A stretch of 64,000 bases of DNA, taken from assembly GCA_963716725.1 (NCBI GenBank), contig CAVQUB010000015.1, positions 64,001 to 128,000 of the forward strand. Reading direction: 5' to 3'. The position numbers and the translations under genes are program-made. The notes under the pieces were generated by a model. It ran no database searches, was not told where the DNA came from, and was given only the letters and a program-made list of their open reading frames with translations. Source of the DNA: an uncultured delta proteobacterium (GTDB lineage: Bacteria > Myxococcota_A > Polyangia > Polyangiales > Polyangiaceae). Within the stretch, counting starts at the first letter, position 1; every line of letters begins with the position of its first letter. Of the stretch, positions 40,245 through 50,356 are shown piece after piece.

Positions 40245-40816
40245 TCCTGGTCGTTGGCCTGGGCAACCCGGGCCCGCGCTACGAATCGACTCGACACAAC
40301 GTCGGCGTGATGGTCGTCGAGCGCGCGGTTGTCCGCGCGCGCGGCGGCCCGTGGCGCGAGCGGTTCAGCGGTCGAGTCGCGCCGCTGTGCCTCGACGACG
40401 CCCCGCTGCTGGCGCTACTGCCTCAGACCTTCATGAACGAGTCGGGGCGCAGCGTTCAGCCTTGCGCAGCGTTCCACCGGATCGAGCCGGGCTCCGTGCT
40501 CTTGGTCCACGACGAACTCGACCTGCCCCTCGGCCAGCTCCGCCTCAAGCAGGGTGGGGGAGACGCCGGCCACCGCGGGATCCGCTCGATCAGCGCCCAC
40601 CTGGGGCCGGAGACGATGCGCCTGCGCGTCGGGATTGGGCGCCCGCCGCCAGAATTTGGGGGTGACGTGGCAGATTTCGTGTTACAGGCGTTCGCCCCTC
40701 AGGAACGGGCGGCCCTCGATGAGGTGCTCGAACGGTCCGTCGAGGCAATTTCGCTCCTCGCCAGCCGGGGTCTTCCGGCAGCGATGAACGAAAGCCATCA
40801 GCGCAACCCGCGTTGA
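40241..40816 (+). CDS. pth: Peptidyl-tRNA hydrolase
   Basis: LVVGLGNPG, TRHNVG, PQTFMNESG, VHDELD, GHRG, RLRVGIGRP. Confidence 0.96.
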   Translation: MILVVGLGNPGPRYESTRHNVGVMVVERAVVRARGGPWRERFSGRVAPLCLDDAPLLALLPQTFMNESGRSVQPCAAFHRIEPGSVLLVHDELDLPLGQLRLKQGGGDAGHRGIRSISAHLGPETMRLRVGIGRPPPEFGGDVADFVLQAFAPQERAALDEVLERSVEAISLLASRGLPAAMNESHQRNPR

Positions 40817-40867
40817 TGGCTCCTTGCTCCCGATTTGCTCGGGGGCCGAAGTCCAGAAGGAGAAAAC

Positions 40868-41389
40868 ATGGTCGAGACCAGCACGGCGAGCCCAAGAGCT
40901 CGCGAATACGAAACCATCTACATCATGCGACCGAGCGTGGTGAAAGAGGCCGCGGAGAAGGTCGCGACCCGCGTCGAGGAAGTCGTCGGACGTGAGGGCG
41001 GCAAGCTGACCCAGGTCGAGACCTGGGGGCGGCGGGCGCTCGCGTATCCGGTAGCCAAGCAGCGTCGTGGCGTCTACGTCTACGTGAAGTACTGGGGCGG
41101 CGGCGCGCTCGTCAGCGAGCTCGAGCGAAACCTTCGGATGCTCGACGACGTGATCAAGTACCAAACCGTGCAGACCGGGTCCGAGACCGAGCTCGCGGGC
41201 GTCGCGGTGGACCCCGAAGCCGTGAAGTTCGAGGCCATCGAGGCTCCGGGTGAAGAGGAACAAGAGTACTCGCTGGAGCGGGAGCTCGGGCTGGTCGACA
41301 GCCCGGATGCACATTCGATGCGAGACGACAGCTACGATGACGAGGCCGAGGTTTTGGCGGCCGTCGGTGACGACGAGGAGGAAAAGTGA
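40868..41389 (+). CDS. rpsF: 30S ribosomal protein S6 with acidic tail
   Basis: [21 protein letters not shown]. Confidence 0.95.
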   Translation: MVETSTASPRAREYETIYIMRPSVVKEAAEKVATRVEEVVGREGGKLTQVETWGRRALAYPVAKQRRGVYVYVKYWGGGALVSELERNLRMLDDVIKYQTVQTGSETELAGVAVDPEAVKFEAIEAPGEEEQEYSLERELGLVDSPDAHSMRDDSYDDEAEVLAAVGDDEEEK

Positions 41390-41658
41390 GAGACAAAGAC
41401 CGAGGCTCGGTTCCGCCGCCTCCCGGCGGAGAGATGGGCGGTTTCCGCCGCACTCGCCGCCGTGGATGCACCTACTGTTCCGACGAAACGCAGAAGATCG
41501 ACTACAAGGATCCGCAGTCGCTTCGCTATTTCGTCACGGAACGCGGCAAGATCGTGCCGCGCCGCATCTCGGGCGCGTGTGCCAAGCACCAGCGCGAGAT
41601 CCAGATAGCTGTCAAGCGCGCGCGCAACATCGCGCTCTTGCCCTTCACCTCCAACTGA
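41386..41658 (+). CDS. rpsR: 30S ribosomal protein S18 (Zn-binding form)
   Basis: [33 protein letters not shown]. Confidence 0.97.
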   Translation: MRDKDRGSVPPPPGGEMGGFRRTRRRGCTYCSDETQKIDYKDPQSLRYFVTERGKIVPRRISGACAKHQREIQIAVKRARNIALLPFTSN

Positions 41659-41668
41659 CGAGGCGACC

Positions 41669-42130
41669 ATGGCTACTCCCATCAAAGTCGTGCTCAGCGA
41701 GGACGTGGACAGCCTCGGCTCGAGCGGTGACGTCGTCCGGGTCCGCCCGGGCTACGCACGCAACTACTTGATCCCGCGCGGCCTCGCCGTTCCGGCAACG
41801 GAGTCGAACTTGGCGCGTGTGGGAGACCTCAAGCGCGCGGCAGCCGCGCGAGCTCAGAGCGAGCTCGTGGCCGCCGAAGAAGTGGCGAAGAAGATCGGCG
41901 GCGTCAGTGTGAAGATCGCGCGGGCCGTGGGTGAAGAGAACAAGATGTACGGTTCCGTCACCACTCGCGATATCGAAGAAGCGTTCGCAAGCGCGGGCGT
42001 CGAGATCGATCGCAAGCGGCTCGTGCTCCCCGAGCCGATCAAGCTCCTCGGTCTGCACGACGTGACGCTCAAGCTGCACCCGAGCGTCAGCGTGCAACTC
42101 AAGGTGGAGGTCGTGAAAGAAGGCGCCTGA
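41669..42130 (+). CDS. rplI: 50S ribosomal protein L9
   Basis: LGSSGDVVRVRPGYARNYLIP, KMYGSVT, PIKLLG. Confidence 0.97.
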   Translation: MATPIKVVLSEDVDSLGSSGDVVRVRPGYARNYLIPRGLAVPATESNLARVGDLKRAAAARAQSELVAAEEVAKKIGGVSVKIARAVGEENKMYGSVTTRDIEEAFASAGVEIDRKRLVLPEPIKLLGLHDVTLKLHPSVSVQLKVEVVKEGA

Positions 42131-42358
42131 GCCTTTGGCGACTTTCAAGCTTGAATTGCGTCACCGCTTCTGAGAGAAGCGGACACGGTCACCCCGGCTG
42201 CCTCGTGCACGCCGGGGTGTCGTGCATTTGGCAACCTGGGGACAACTCGTGGAACTCATCTGGAGAACCTCGGGATTGCCCCGGTTACGAAGCGGGGTTC
42301 GAGCCCCGGAACTTTCCTGACCGATCTGGCGGCGGGAATTGCGCTAGGCGAACGAAGC

Positions 42359-43867
42359 ATGCAGGCAGAACGACACGGGCAACGGGATCTGGCTCACGAG
42401 CTCCGCCCGGCAGGGGGGCGGGTACCGCCGCACGATCTCGACGCCGAAGCCGCGGTGCTGTCGGCGGTGCTGCTCGCCGCAGAGGCCTTCGACCGCGTGC
42501 AGGAGACGCTGTCGCCCGAGCACTTCTACGCCGAGGCGCACCGTCGCATCTACGAGGCCGTGCTCGATCTGCACACCTCGGGCAAGCAGGTCGATCTCGT
42601 CACCGTCGCGGCCTGGCTGCGCGATCGTGAGCGCATCGGGCAGGTGGGCGGCATGGAGTACCTCGCTCAGCTGTCGGACGCGACGCCGGCCGTGGCCCAT
42701 GTTGGGGCTCACGCCACGTTGATCCGCGAGAAGTGGCGCATGCGCCAGCTCATCGCCACCTGCCAGCGGGTGGCCGCCGAGGGCTACACCAACTCCGAGG
42801 AGGTCCAGGCCTTCATCGACCAGGCCGAACAGTCGGTGTTCGACATCGCTCGGATCGCGGAGGGGTCCTCCATCGTGACCGTCAAGGACGCCATCCACGG
42901 GGCGTTCCAGATCTTGGCGGAAGCGGCCAAGCGCGGCGGCGGCATCACCGGCACGCCCACCGGCTTTCGGCAGCTCGACCGCAAGATCGCCGGGCTCCAC
43001 CCGGGCGACCTCTACATCGTGGCCGGTCGCCCGGGCATGGGTAAGACCTCGCTGGTGCTCAACATGGCGGTGAACGTGGCGATGCCGCGACGGAAGGCCG
43101 TGGCCGAGAACTCCGAACCCTACGGCGAAGGCGACATCGAAGAGCCGGGGGACGGCGTTGCCTTCTTCTCTCTCGAAATGCCCCGCGAGCAACTCGCGGC
43201 GCGGCTTTTGTCGGTCGAAGCACGCGTGGACGTCTCGCGCATTCGCAGTGGCGAGATCCGCCGCGAAGACTGGAACAAGCTGACGGACGCGGCGGCGCGG
43301 CTCGGGCGTCTCCCGATCTGGCTCGACGACACTCCGGCGCTCACTCTGCTCGATCTCCGAGCCAAGGTCCGACGGCTGCAAGCCGACGTGAAGCGCGGGG
43401 ATGCCCCCGGGGGCGCGACCAAAATCGGCATGGTCTGCATCGACTACCTGCAGCTGATGCAGGGGCGTCGCGATGCAGGCAGCCGCGAGCAAGAGATCAG
43501 CGAGCTGTCGCGTGGGCTCAAGCAGCTCGCCAAGGAGATGGGTGTGCCCGTGATGGCGCTCTCACAGCTCAACCGATCGGTGGAGACACGGACGACCAAG
43601 GACAAACGCCCGCAGCTCAGTGATCTGCGTGAGTCGGGCGCCATCGAGCAGGACGCCGACGCCATCTTCTTCATCTACCGCGACGAATACTACTTCAAGG
43701 ACAGCCCCGACCGTGGCATCGCCGAGATCATCGTGGCCAAGCAGAGGAACGGTCCGACCGGATCGATAAAGGTGAAGTTCACCTCGGAATTCACCCGTTT
43801 CGACGACCTGGCACCCGACGAGTACGACTTCGACGAGCTGGACGAGTTCGACGCCGGGGCGGCCTAG
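42359..43867 (+). CDS. dnaB: Replicative DNA helicase
   Basis: PPHDLDAEAAVL, AGRPGMGKT, FSLEM, IDYLQL, LSQLNR, DLRESGAIEQDAD, KQRNGP. No intein. Confidence 0.98.
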   Translation: MQAERHGQRDLAHELRPAGGRVPPHDLDAEAAVLSAVLLAAEAFDRVQETLSPEHFYAEAHRRIYEAVLDLHTSGKQVDLVTVAAWLRDRERIGQVGGMEYLAQLSDATPAVAHVGAHATLIREKWRMRQLIATCQRVAAEGYTNSEEVQAFIDQAEQSVFDIARIAEGSSIVTVKDAIHGAFQILAEAAKRGGGITGTPTGFRQLDRKIAGLHPGDLYIVAGRPGMGKTSLVLNMAVNVAMPRRKAVAENSEPYGEGDIEEPGDGVAFFSLEMPREQLAARLLSVEARVDVSRIRSGEIRREDWNKLTDAAARLGRLPIWLDDTPALTLLDLRAKVRRLQADVKRGDAPGGATKIGMVCIDYLQLMQGRRDAGSREQEISELSRGLKQLAKEMGVPVMALSQLNRSVETRTTKDKRPQLSDLRESGAIEQDADAIFFIYRDEYYFKDSPDRGIAEIIVAKQRNGPTGSIKVKFTSEFTRFDDLAPDEYDFDELDEFDAGAA

Positions 43868-43947
43868 CCCCGGGCCGTGGCGCGAGGCCCAGTCGCCCGC
43901 GCCGGGCTTGGGCTCGGAACCGTCGCCCGTGCTACGCTGCCCGCGCG

Positions 43948-44838
43948 ATGCAAGCCCGGGTGATTGTCACGGCCCTCACGCTTTGTTCCTTGCCCTTCGT
44001 CGCTTGCGGGCGGTCGGACATGGAAGATGACCTCGGGCCGCCCGGCATCGGTGCGGTCGGTGGCACGGGCACCGTCGACGGTGGCGGTTCCGGTGGCAGC
44101 GGCGGTTTTGGCGGCGTTGCCGGCTCCGGTGCCTTTGGCGGTGCTGGCGGATCGGGCGGGTTTGGCGGCGTCGCGGGTTCGGGGGCGTTTGGTGGCGTCG
44201 CGGGTTCGGGAGCGTTTGGTGGCACGGGTGGAATCGGTGGCACGGGTGGAATCGGTGGCACGGGTGGAATCGGTGGCACGGGTGGAATCGGTGGCACGGG
44301 TGGAACCGGCGGCACGGGTGGAACCGGCGGCACGGGTGGAACCGGCGGCATCAAGGACGGCGGCAACTTCTTCGACGCCTTCCCGTTCCCCGACAGCGGG
44401 CCGATTGCGGACTGCGTCACGTGCGCGGCGCAGAGCTGTCAGAACCAAGTGAACGCCTGCTACAACGATGCGGCCTGCGCTCAGGGGATCGTCTGCGCCG
44501 TGACCAGCTGCGGCGGCTTCAGCCTGCAGTGCGTGCTCCAGTGTTTCCAGGGTAAGTTCCAAGCGGCCATCAAGGCCTTCCAGGCCTTCACCTGTCTGGC
44601 GCAGAACTGCGGGCAGGACTGCGTCGGCGTCGTGACCGGGGGCCCCGGTGGGCCTCCACCCGGGCCCGGCGGCGGGAACGGGAGCGGGAACGGCGCTCCG
44701 ATGTCCCAGGTCCCGCCCCGCGCGGGAGGCTTCTACGGCGTGGTCACGCCCGAGCTCGCGGCCAGCAGCGGGTTGCCCGCGGGCCCCGTGTACCTGCCGT
44801 CGCTGGAGGTATTCGAGAGCGTCGGTCGAGCGCAGTGA
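43948..44838 (+). CDS. Lipoprotein with Gly-rich linker and Cys-rich helical domain
   Basis: Lipobox FVAC, GGTGGI/GGTGGT repeats, CVTCAAQSC...CLAQNCGQDC. Confidence 0.75.
   Translation: MQARVIVTALTLCSLPFVACGRSDMEDDLGPPGIGAVGGTGTVDGGGSGGSGGFGGVAGSGAFGGAGGSGGFGGVAGSGAFGGVAGSGAFGGTGGIGGTGGIGGTGGIGGTGGIGGTGGTGGTGGTGGTGGTGGIKDGGNFFDAFPFPDSGPIADCVTCAAQSCQNQVNACYNDAACAQGIVCAVTSCGGFSLQCVLQCFQGKFQAAIKAFQAFTCLAQNCGQDCVGVVTGGPGGPPPGPGGGNGSGNGAPMSQVPPRAGGFYGVVTPELAASSGLPAGPVYLPSLEVFESVGRAQ
44218..44349. repeat. 18-bp coding tandem repeat (GGTGGI/GGTGGT) x~7
   Basis: ggtggcacgggtggaatc and ggcggcacgggtggaacc units. Confidence 0.85.
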
Positions 44839-44845
44839 GCTGCGT

Positions 44846-45858
44846 TCAGAGCAGAAGTTGCTCGGCGAGCTCACGCATCAAGTCCTGAGTGCCTTCGTGG
44901 GTGGCGGCGCTGATGAGGCGCAGGTCCTTGCCCAGCTTCGAGAACTCGGCCTTCAGCTCGGGGTAGGCTTCGCGTACGTCCGGTAAATCGGCCTTGCTCA
45001 TGGCGATGAGCTCCGGGCGCGCGAGCATTTCGGGGTTGAAAGCGCCCAGCTCCTGCCGGAGGGAGTGATAGTCCGCGAGGGGGAGCGGCCTGGCTCCTCG
45101 CAGAGCGTGATCAAGTGCAGCAACACGCGAGTGCGTTCGACGTGTTTCAAGAACCGGATGCCGAGGCCCGCACCCTGGCTGGCGCCGGGGATGAGGCCCG
45201 GGATGTCGGCGAGCACGAAGCTCTTGCCCAGTCCGCCGCGGTGATCGCCGACGCTGACGACGCCGAGGTGCGGAACCAGGGTGGTGAAGGGGTAGTCGGC
45301 GATCTTCGGGTGCGCGCGGCTCACGGTGCTGATCAGCGTGCTCTTGCCGACGTTCGGGTAGCCGAGGATCCCGACATCGGCCATCACCTTGAGCTCGAGC
45401 CGGAGGTTTCGCTGTTCACCGGGCTCACCGGGCTCGGCACGACGCGGTGCTCGTTCGACGCTACTGGTGAAATGCTTGTTGCCGCGGCCGCCCTTGCCGC
45501 CTTTCGCCACGATGAAGCGCTCGCCGGGCCGAGTCAGCTCGGTGAGTCGTTCCTGCCGATCCACGTCCACCACGATGGTGCCGAGGGGGACTCGGAGCTC
45601 GGCGTCGGCGCCGGATCTGCCATACATGTCTTTGCCACCGCCGGGATCGCCGGTGTGGGCTCGGAGAACGCGGAGGTGGGCCAGGTCGTACAGGGTGCCG
45701 AGGCCCGAGTCGGCGACGAACACGACGTCGCCGCCGCGGCCGCCGTCGCCGCCCGACGGACCGCCGAACGGCAGGAACTTCTCGCGGCGAAACGCGATGG
45801 CGCCGCGGCCGCCGTCGCCGGCCTCGACGCGCAAATTGCATTCGTCGACGAAACGCAT
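44846..45858 (-). CDS. obgE: Obg GTPase (one -1 frameshift in a homopolymer run near 45080)
   Basis: [35 protein letters not shown]. The alternative frame supplies the G4 SKAD and ISAA motifs. Confidence 0.95.
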
Positions 45859-45900
45859 TGGATCACGCCTGGGGGCGTGGGCGGGGGGAGGCCTCGGGGC

Positions 45901-46533
45901 TCACTTCCGACCGGTTGGTGGCTTGAGCGGAAGCGCCGCCGCTTGTTGAGCGCGGGCCGCCGCCGGGCGCTGACCTGACTGCACGGCGTCGATGGCTTCG
46001 ACTGCGGCGAGCACGGCTTCGACACCGAGCTCGCGCGCCGGTGCCTCGTGAAACAGCCGCGGCACGCGCTCGAGCCGGAGCGTCGTCGCCTTGCTCAGAT
46101 CGATCTCGCGCTCCACGAAGGCCTCGAACGAGGCGAAGCCCTTGGCCTCGTACAGGCGCCCGTCCCTGATCATGCCGAGCACCTGTCCGAGCTCGAAGAA
46201 CTTGTCGTTGGCGTGCTTGCGCAGGGCGCGGATCCGGACCATCGCGTTGTGCAACTCGGCGATCTTCGCCTTGATGAGCTCGGCCTTCTCGGGGGTGCGC
46301 AGGGTCGCGCGGGCGCTCCCAGGGGGTGGAGGAGAGGCGTTGCGGGCCCGGGCCTCCGCGGCGTGTTTGGCGGCGTGGCGGGCCGCCCAGGGGGCAGCGC
46401 CACGAAGTCCGCTCCGCTTGCCGTCGACGTCGGCGTCGGCACCCTTCTTGGACCCAGCCTTGGAGGCGGCCTTCTTCGCCCCCTTGGTGGCCGAAGGCGC
46501 CGATTTCTCTTTGGTTTTCGGTTTCTTCCCCAT
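45901..46533 (-). CDS. Hypothetical basic protein: Lys/Ala-rich N-terminus plus DUF3102-like helical domain
   Basis: MGKKPKTKEK...KKAASKAGSKK, FFELGQVLGMIRDGRLYEAKGFASFEAFVEREIDLSKATTLRL. Confidence 0.65.
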   Translation of the reverse strand: MGKKPKTKEKSAPSATKGAKKAASKAGSKKGADADVDGKRSGLRGAAPWAARHAAKHAAEARARNASPPPPGSARATLRTPEKAELIKAKIAELHNAMVRIRALRKHANDKFFELGQVLGMIRDGRLYEAKGFASFEAFVEREIDLSKATTLRLERVPRLFHEAPARELGVEAVLAAVEAIDAVQSGQRPAAARAQQAAALPLKPPTGRK

Positions 46534-46676
46534 CGTGACTTCCCCCGGGGCCCCGCCGAACTCGGCGCGCTTCGGGGCTCATGAGCGCTGCTGGCTCGGA
46601 GCGTAGTCCAAGCCGTGCCCGCGCGCCAAATTCCCCTTTTCGGAATCGCAGGGTGGGACGTGCTAGACGCCGGCGG

Positions 46677-47720
46677 GTGACGGATCCGAGCGTGCCACCG
46701 CCGAGCGAACGCATCGCGGTCGTGGTGAACGGAAACGCCAAGAGCGTCACCGCCGAGGTGATCTCGACTCTCGACCAAATCCTGCTCGGCGGCGACCTGT
46801 TTGTCTCGCGACGCCTCGAGGACGCCACGGAGATCGCTCGAACGCTGGTCAGTCGCGGCTACGGGACGGTGCTCACGGGAGGGGGCGATGGGACCTTCAC
46901 GGTGATGGTCACCGAAGTAGTTCGCGAAGCGACCGCGGCCGGCAAGCCGGTGCCGCGCTTCGGGCTCTTGAAGCTGGGCACCGGAAACGCGCTCGCGTGG
47001 GTCGCAGGGGCGAGTCGGGCCAAGGGGCGAGGGCTCTCAGCAGACATCCAGCGACTGCAGGAAGACGCCGGAAGCCGCTGGCTGCGCTTGGTCGACGTCG
47101 AGGGATTCCTCGCGCCATTCGCGGGGTTCGGCGTCGATGCTGTGGTTCTGGACGACTACTCGCAGGTCCGAGCCATGCTCGCCCGTACCCCGCTCAAGCG
47201 CTACGCGCCGGGTGGGCTCAGCTACCTGGTCTCGTCGGTGACGCGCTCGCTACCCAAGTTCTTGATCCGGCCCGTTCCTCACTGCCGGGTGCGCAACGAC
47301 GGCGCCGAAGCCTACCGGATCGGCGAAAAGGGCGGGCGGGTCGGCCAGCCCATCGCCCAAGGCGAGATCATCTACGAAGGCCCCGCGCGCATCGCCGGCC
47401 TGTCGACCATTCCGTACTACGGCTTCGGCTTTCGGATGTTCCCCTTCGCGGACGAGCACCCGGGGAGGATGCAGCTCCGGGTATCCACCATCAGTTCCCT
47501 GGGATTCGTGCGGAATTTCCCGGGAATTTGGCGGGGCGACTATCACGACCCAAACGTGGTCTTCGACTACTTGGTGGAGGCCGTGACCCTGGAGATGGAT
47601 CCGCCCACGGAGTTCCAGATCGGTGGGGATCCTCGCGGCGAACGGGTCCGGGTGCGAGCGCGGGTGTCGCGTGAGCCCATTCGCCTCGTCGACTTCTACG
47701 CTCCGCCCAGCGCCACCTGA
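46677..47720 (+). CDS. Diacylglycerol kinase family lipid kinase
   Basis: VVVNGNA, GGGDGT, LGTGNA, GFGVDA, YYGFGF, QIGGD. Start uncertain (alternative ATG 46581). Confidence 0.85.
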   Translation: MTDPSVPPPSERIAVVVNGNAKSVTAEVISTLDQILLGGDLFVSRRLEDATEIARTLVSRGYGTVLTGGGDGTFTVMVTEVVREATAAGKPVPRFGLLKLGTGNALAWVAGASRAKGRGLSADIQRLQEDAGSRWLRLVDVEGFLAPFAGFGVDAVVLDDYSQVRAMLARTPLKRYAPGGLSYLVSSVTRSLPKFLIRPVPHCRVRNDGAEAYRIGEKGGRVGQPIAQGEIIYEGPARIAGLSTIPYYGFGFRMFPFADEHPGRMQLRVSTISSLGFVRNFPGIWRGDYHDPNVVFDYLVEAVTLEMDPPTEFQIGGDPRGERVRVRARVSREPIRLVDFYAPPSAT

Positions 47721-47770
47721 GGCGCGATTTCGGTGGGATTGTCCAAGACTTGTACGGCATCATGGACGTG

Positions 47771-48203
47771 ATGCGGAAGCTGGCATTCGCGATCGTGGCG
47801 GCGGCCGGCGTTTGGGCGGAGAGTGTCGCGGCCGAGCCGCCGTCGGACGAGGCCCGCCTCGCGTGTCGACGCGAAGCGGCGCCGGGGCGAGTGCTCTGCG
47901 AACTCGAAGTGGAGGTCGCGCGGGGTCGCCTCGCGTGGGCGGACGCGCTGGTCGAGCGCACGCCGGAGTTCGCTCGCGCCCTCCGATTCTCGGGTCGGTC
48001 CTCGGAGCGCCACCGGGGGCACCGCTCGCCGCTTGCGGCTCCCCCTGGCCCTCGCCGCCACGTCCACCGGACAAGGTGAACTCGGGGTACGCGCCCGATG
48101 GGTCGCCTGCGCTCCCCTCGCTACCGGACGCGAGTTGTGTTCACCGCGGACCCGAATGCTCAGCGCCCGCGTGGAAGTCGGGTCCGACTCCGCCGGGCGA
48201 TGA
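47771..48203 (+). CDS. Small exported beta-rich protein (one +1 frameshift near 47987)
   Basis: Signal peptide MRKLAFAIVAAAG. Joins to SRVGPRSA...ARVEVG in the next frame. Two Cys pairs. Confidence 0.6.
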
Positions 48204-49630
48204 TGGCGCGGCGGTTCATGCGCATGGCGGAGCTCGAACGCCTCTCCGGAGTGCCGCGCGAGACCATCCACTACTACCTGCGGGAGGGGCTGCTGCCGGC
48301 GCCGAGCCGCCAGGGAAAGACCCAGGCGCTGTACGACGACGGGCACCTCGAGCGCCTCCGGCTCGTGCGCCAGTTGCGCGAGGAAAAGTACCTACCAGTC
48401 GCGGTGATACGCTCGATCCTTCGAGCAGGGCTCGAGGGTCCGACGGGGCGCGATTTGGACACCCTGGCGGACGTGCTGCGCATCGATCCGCATTTGGGCG
48501 CAGCGGCCGCGCCGGCGGTCGTCGCCGACGAAGAGGTCCACCGCGTCGCCCACGAACTCGGGGTGCTGGCGCCCGGCGAGAGCGCCGACGACCCGACGGT
48601 CGCGCGGGTGCTCGCGACCGTGGCCGAGGTCGTCGGGCTCGAGGGAGTGGCGCGGGATCTCACCCTCGATGATCTTCGGGTCTGCGCGCCCAAGGTAGGG
48701 GCGCTGGTCGAAGCCGAGGCAGCGGTGTTCTTCGACTTGGTGATCCGGCGCGGCGAGATGGCCGAGCCGGTGGCGGCGCTCCGAGCCGGGCGCTCGGCGG
48801 TGGCGCGATTCATCGCCGCATATCGCGATCTGACCCTGCGGCGCATCGTGGAGGAGCTGATCTCGGCGGTCCAGAACGCGGCATCCGAGGTCGAGGGCGC
48901 GAGCCCGCTTCCGCTCGGCGTGGAGCTCGTGGAGCGCCTGGGGGCCGACGATCGCCGCGCCCAGCTCGCGGCGGGCGCGCGGCGCGGAGATCCGGCCAAC
49001 GCCAACGATCTGGTGTGGCACCTGTTTGCGGTGGGCCCCACCCGGGAGCTCGCGAGGCTTTCGGGTTCGATCCGCGCGCTGCTCCGACCGCGGGCAGAGC
49101 TGCTGGTGGCCGCCAGCAAGGATCCACGGGGACTCGACGGCATCTTGTCCCGGGCGGGCAGCTTTCCGCTGGGCGAGATCCTCGCGGCGGAGATCGCCTT
49201 GAGCAGCGCGCTTCGGGATGAACACGCCGGTGAGGGGCTGCTCGAGCGCGTGGTTCCGGCGCTCCGCCGCTTGTTCGACGCTGATCCCGGGCGCGACGCC
49301 GATCCGCTGGCGTCAGCCCTCGGGTTTCTTCGGCGCGGTCTGGTGGGGGTCGCGCTGCCGAGGGCGCTGGGGCGCGGACCCCAGGCCGCACGCGATCTTC
49401 AAGCAGCGCTCGGCGTCGCCCTGGGCTCGCCGGGGCACCTCCACCCCGCCGCCCACGCCTGCATCGAGGCCAACGCGCGGCTGGCCCTCGGTCGATACCT
49501 GCTCGCGCGAGGCGGTCGCGCCGACGCGCGGGTGCAGATCTCGCGCGCCGCGGCCATCGACCCCACCGGTCCGGTGGGGCGTACGGCGGAGAGCCTCGAG
49601 ATCTTGGCCACCGGTGAGCCCGCGGGGTAA
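48200..49630 (+). CDS. MerR-family transcriptional regulator with long helical/TPR-like C-terminus
   Basis: MRMAELERLSGVPRETIHYYLREGLLP...YDDGHLERLRLVRQLR. Confidence 0.85.
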   Translation: MMARRFMRMAELERLSGVPRETIHYYLREGLLPAPSRQGKTQALYDDGHLERLRLVRQLREEKYLPVAVIRSILRAGLEGPTGRDLDTLADVLRIDPHLGAAAAPAVVADEEVHRVAHELGVLAPGESADDPTVARVLATVAEVVGLEGVARDLTLDDLRVCAPKVGALVEAEAAVFFDLVIRRGEMAEPVAALRAGRSAVARFIAAYRDLTLRRIVEELISAVQNAASEVEGASPLPLGVELVERLGADDRRAQLAAGARRGDPANANDLVWHLFAVGPTRELARLSGSIRALLRPRAELLVAASKDPRGLDGILSRAGSFPLGEILAAEIALSSALRDEHAGEGLLERVVPALRRLFDADPGRDADPLASALGFLRRGLVGVALPRALGRGPQAARDLQAALGVALGSPGHLHPAAHACIEANARLALGRYLLARGGRADARVQISRAAAIDPTGPVGRTAESLEILATGEPAG

Positions 49631-49639
49631 TGCCCGAGC

Positions 49640-50356
49640 ATGCGGCTTCCCGGTCGACTGTCGGCCACCACCCTCGGCGATCTGATCGGAAGCGCCCACC
49701 GCGATCGGACGAGCGGAGTGCTCGAGCTGATCGAGGTGGACGGCCCTTCGCGGGGACGCGTGCATCGGATCCACTTCCGAGCCGGCCTGGTGTCGAGAGT
49801 CGAAACGGCGCTCCGGGTGCCGCGCGTCGGGGCGATCCTCGAGGAGCAAGGGTTCATCGGCAACGAGGCGCTCCGGCACCTCGACCGCGAGCTCAGGCGA
49901 TCACCGCAGCGCAGAGCCGGCGAGATCTTGGTCGACGACGCGCGGCTGTCCCCCAACGCCCTCAGCGCTGCGCTCCGGCGCCAACTCAGGCAGAAGCTCG
50001 ACGCTCTGTTCACGCTCAAAGACGCGGAGATCAGGTTCCGGGTGGCTCGACCCGAGGCGGAGCGCTCGATCCCGCTGTCGCCGCGGGAGTTTTTGCATGG
50101 CCGGGCGCGCAAGCGCGACGGCGAGGCGGCTCCAAGCGCTCGGCCGCGCACGGGGCGGGAGCAGGCGAGGGCTCGGGCGCTCGCGGTGCTCGGCCTCGGT
50201 CCCGACGCGAGCGCCGTCTCGGTTCAGCGAGCCTTCCGCGCCCAGGCCTCGGCGGTGCACCCGGACCGCCACCCGAAGGCCTCGAACGCCGAGCGCGCGT
50301 CGTTGCTCGAGCGCTTTGCCCTTCTCAGCGCGGCGTATCACTCCTTGGTGGCCTGA
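49640..50356 (+). CDS. DUF4388-like domain plus C-terminal J domain protein
   Basis: LPGRLSATTLGDLI...SGVLEL, RVGAIL, VLGLGP...VQRAFR...HPD. Confidence 0.8.
   Translation: MRLPGRLSATTLGDLIGSAHRDRTSGVLELIEVDGPSRGRVHRIHFRAGLVSRVETALRVPRVGAILEEQGFIGNEALRHLDRELRRSPQRRAGEILVDDARLSPNALSAALRRQLRQKLDALFTLKDAEIRFRVARPEAERSIPLSPREFLHGRARKRDGEAAPSARPRTGREQARARALAVLGLGPDASAVSVQRAFRAQASAVHPDRHPKASNAERASLLERFALLSAAYHSLVA

Noticed and set aside
42246..42318. tRNA-like look (ctcatctggag and ggggttcgagcccc)
   Set aside because: The T-loop would be 6 nt and the anticodon loop 5 nt, and there is no 7-bp acceptor stem, so it is not called as a tRNA.
42359..43867. Intein or mobile insertion in dnaB
   Set aside because: Length is about 500 aa with only a short acidic loop insert and no intein motifs.
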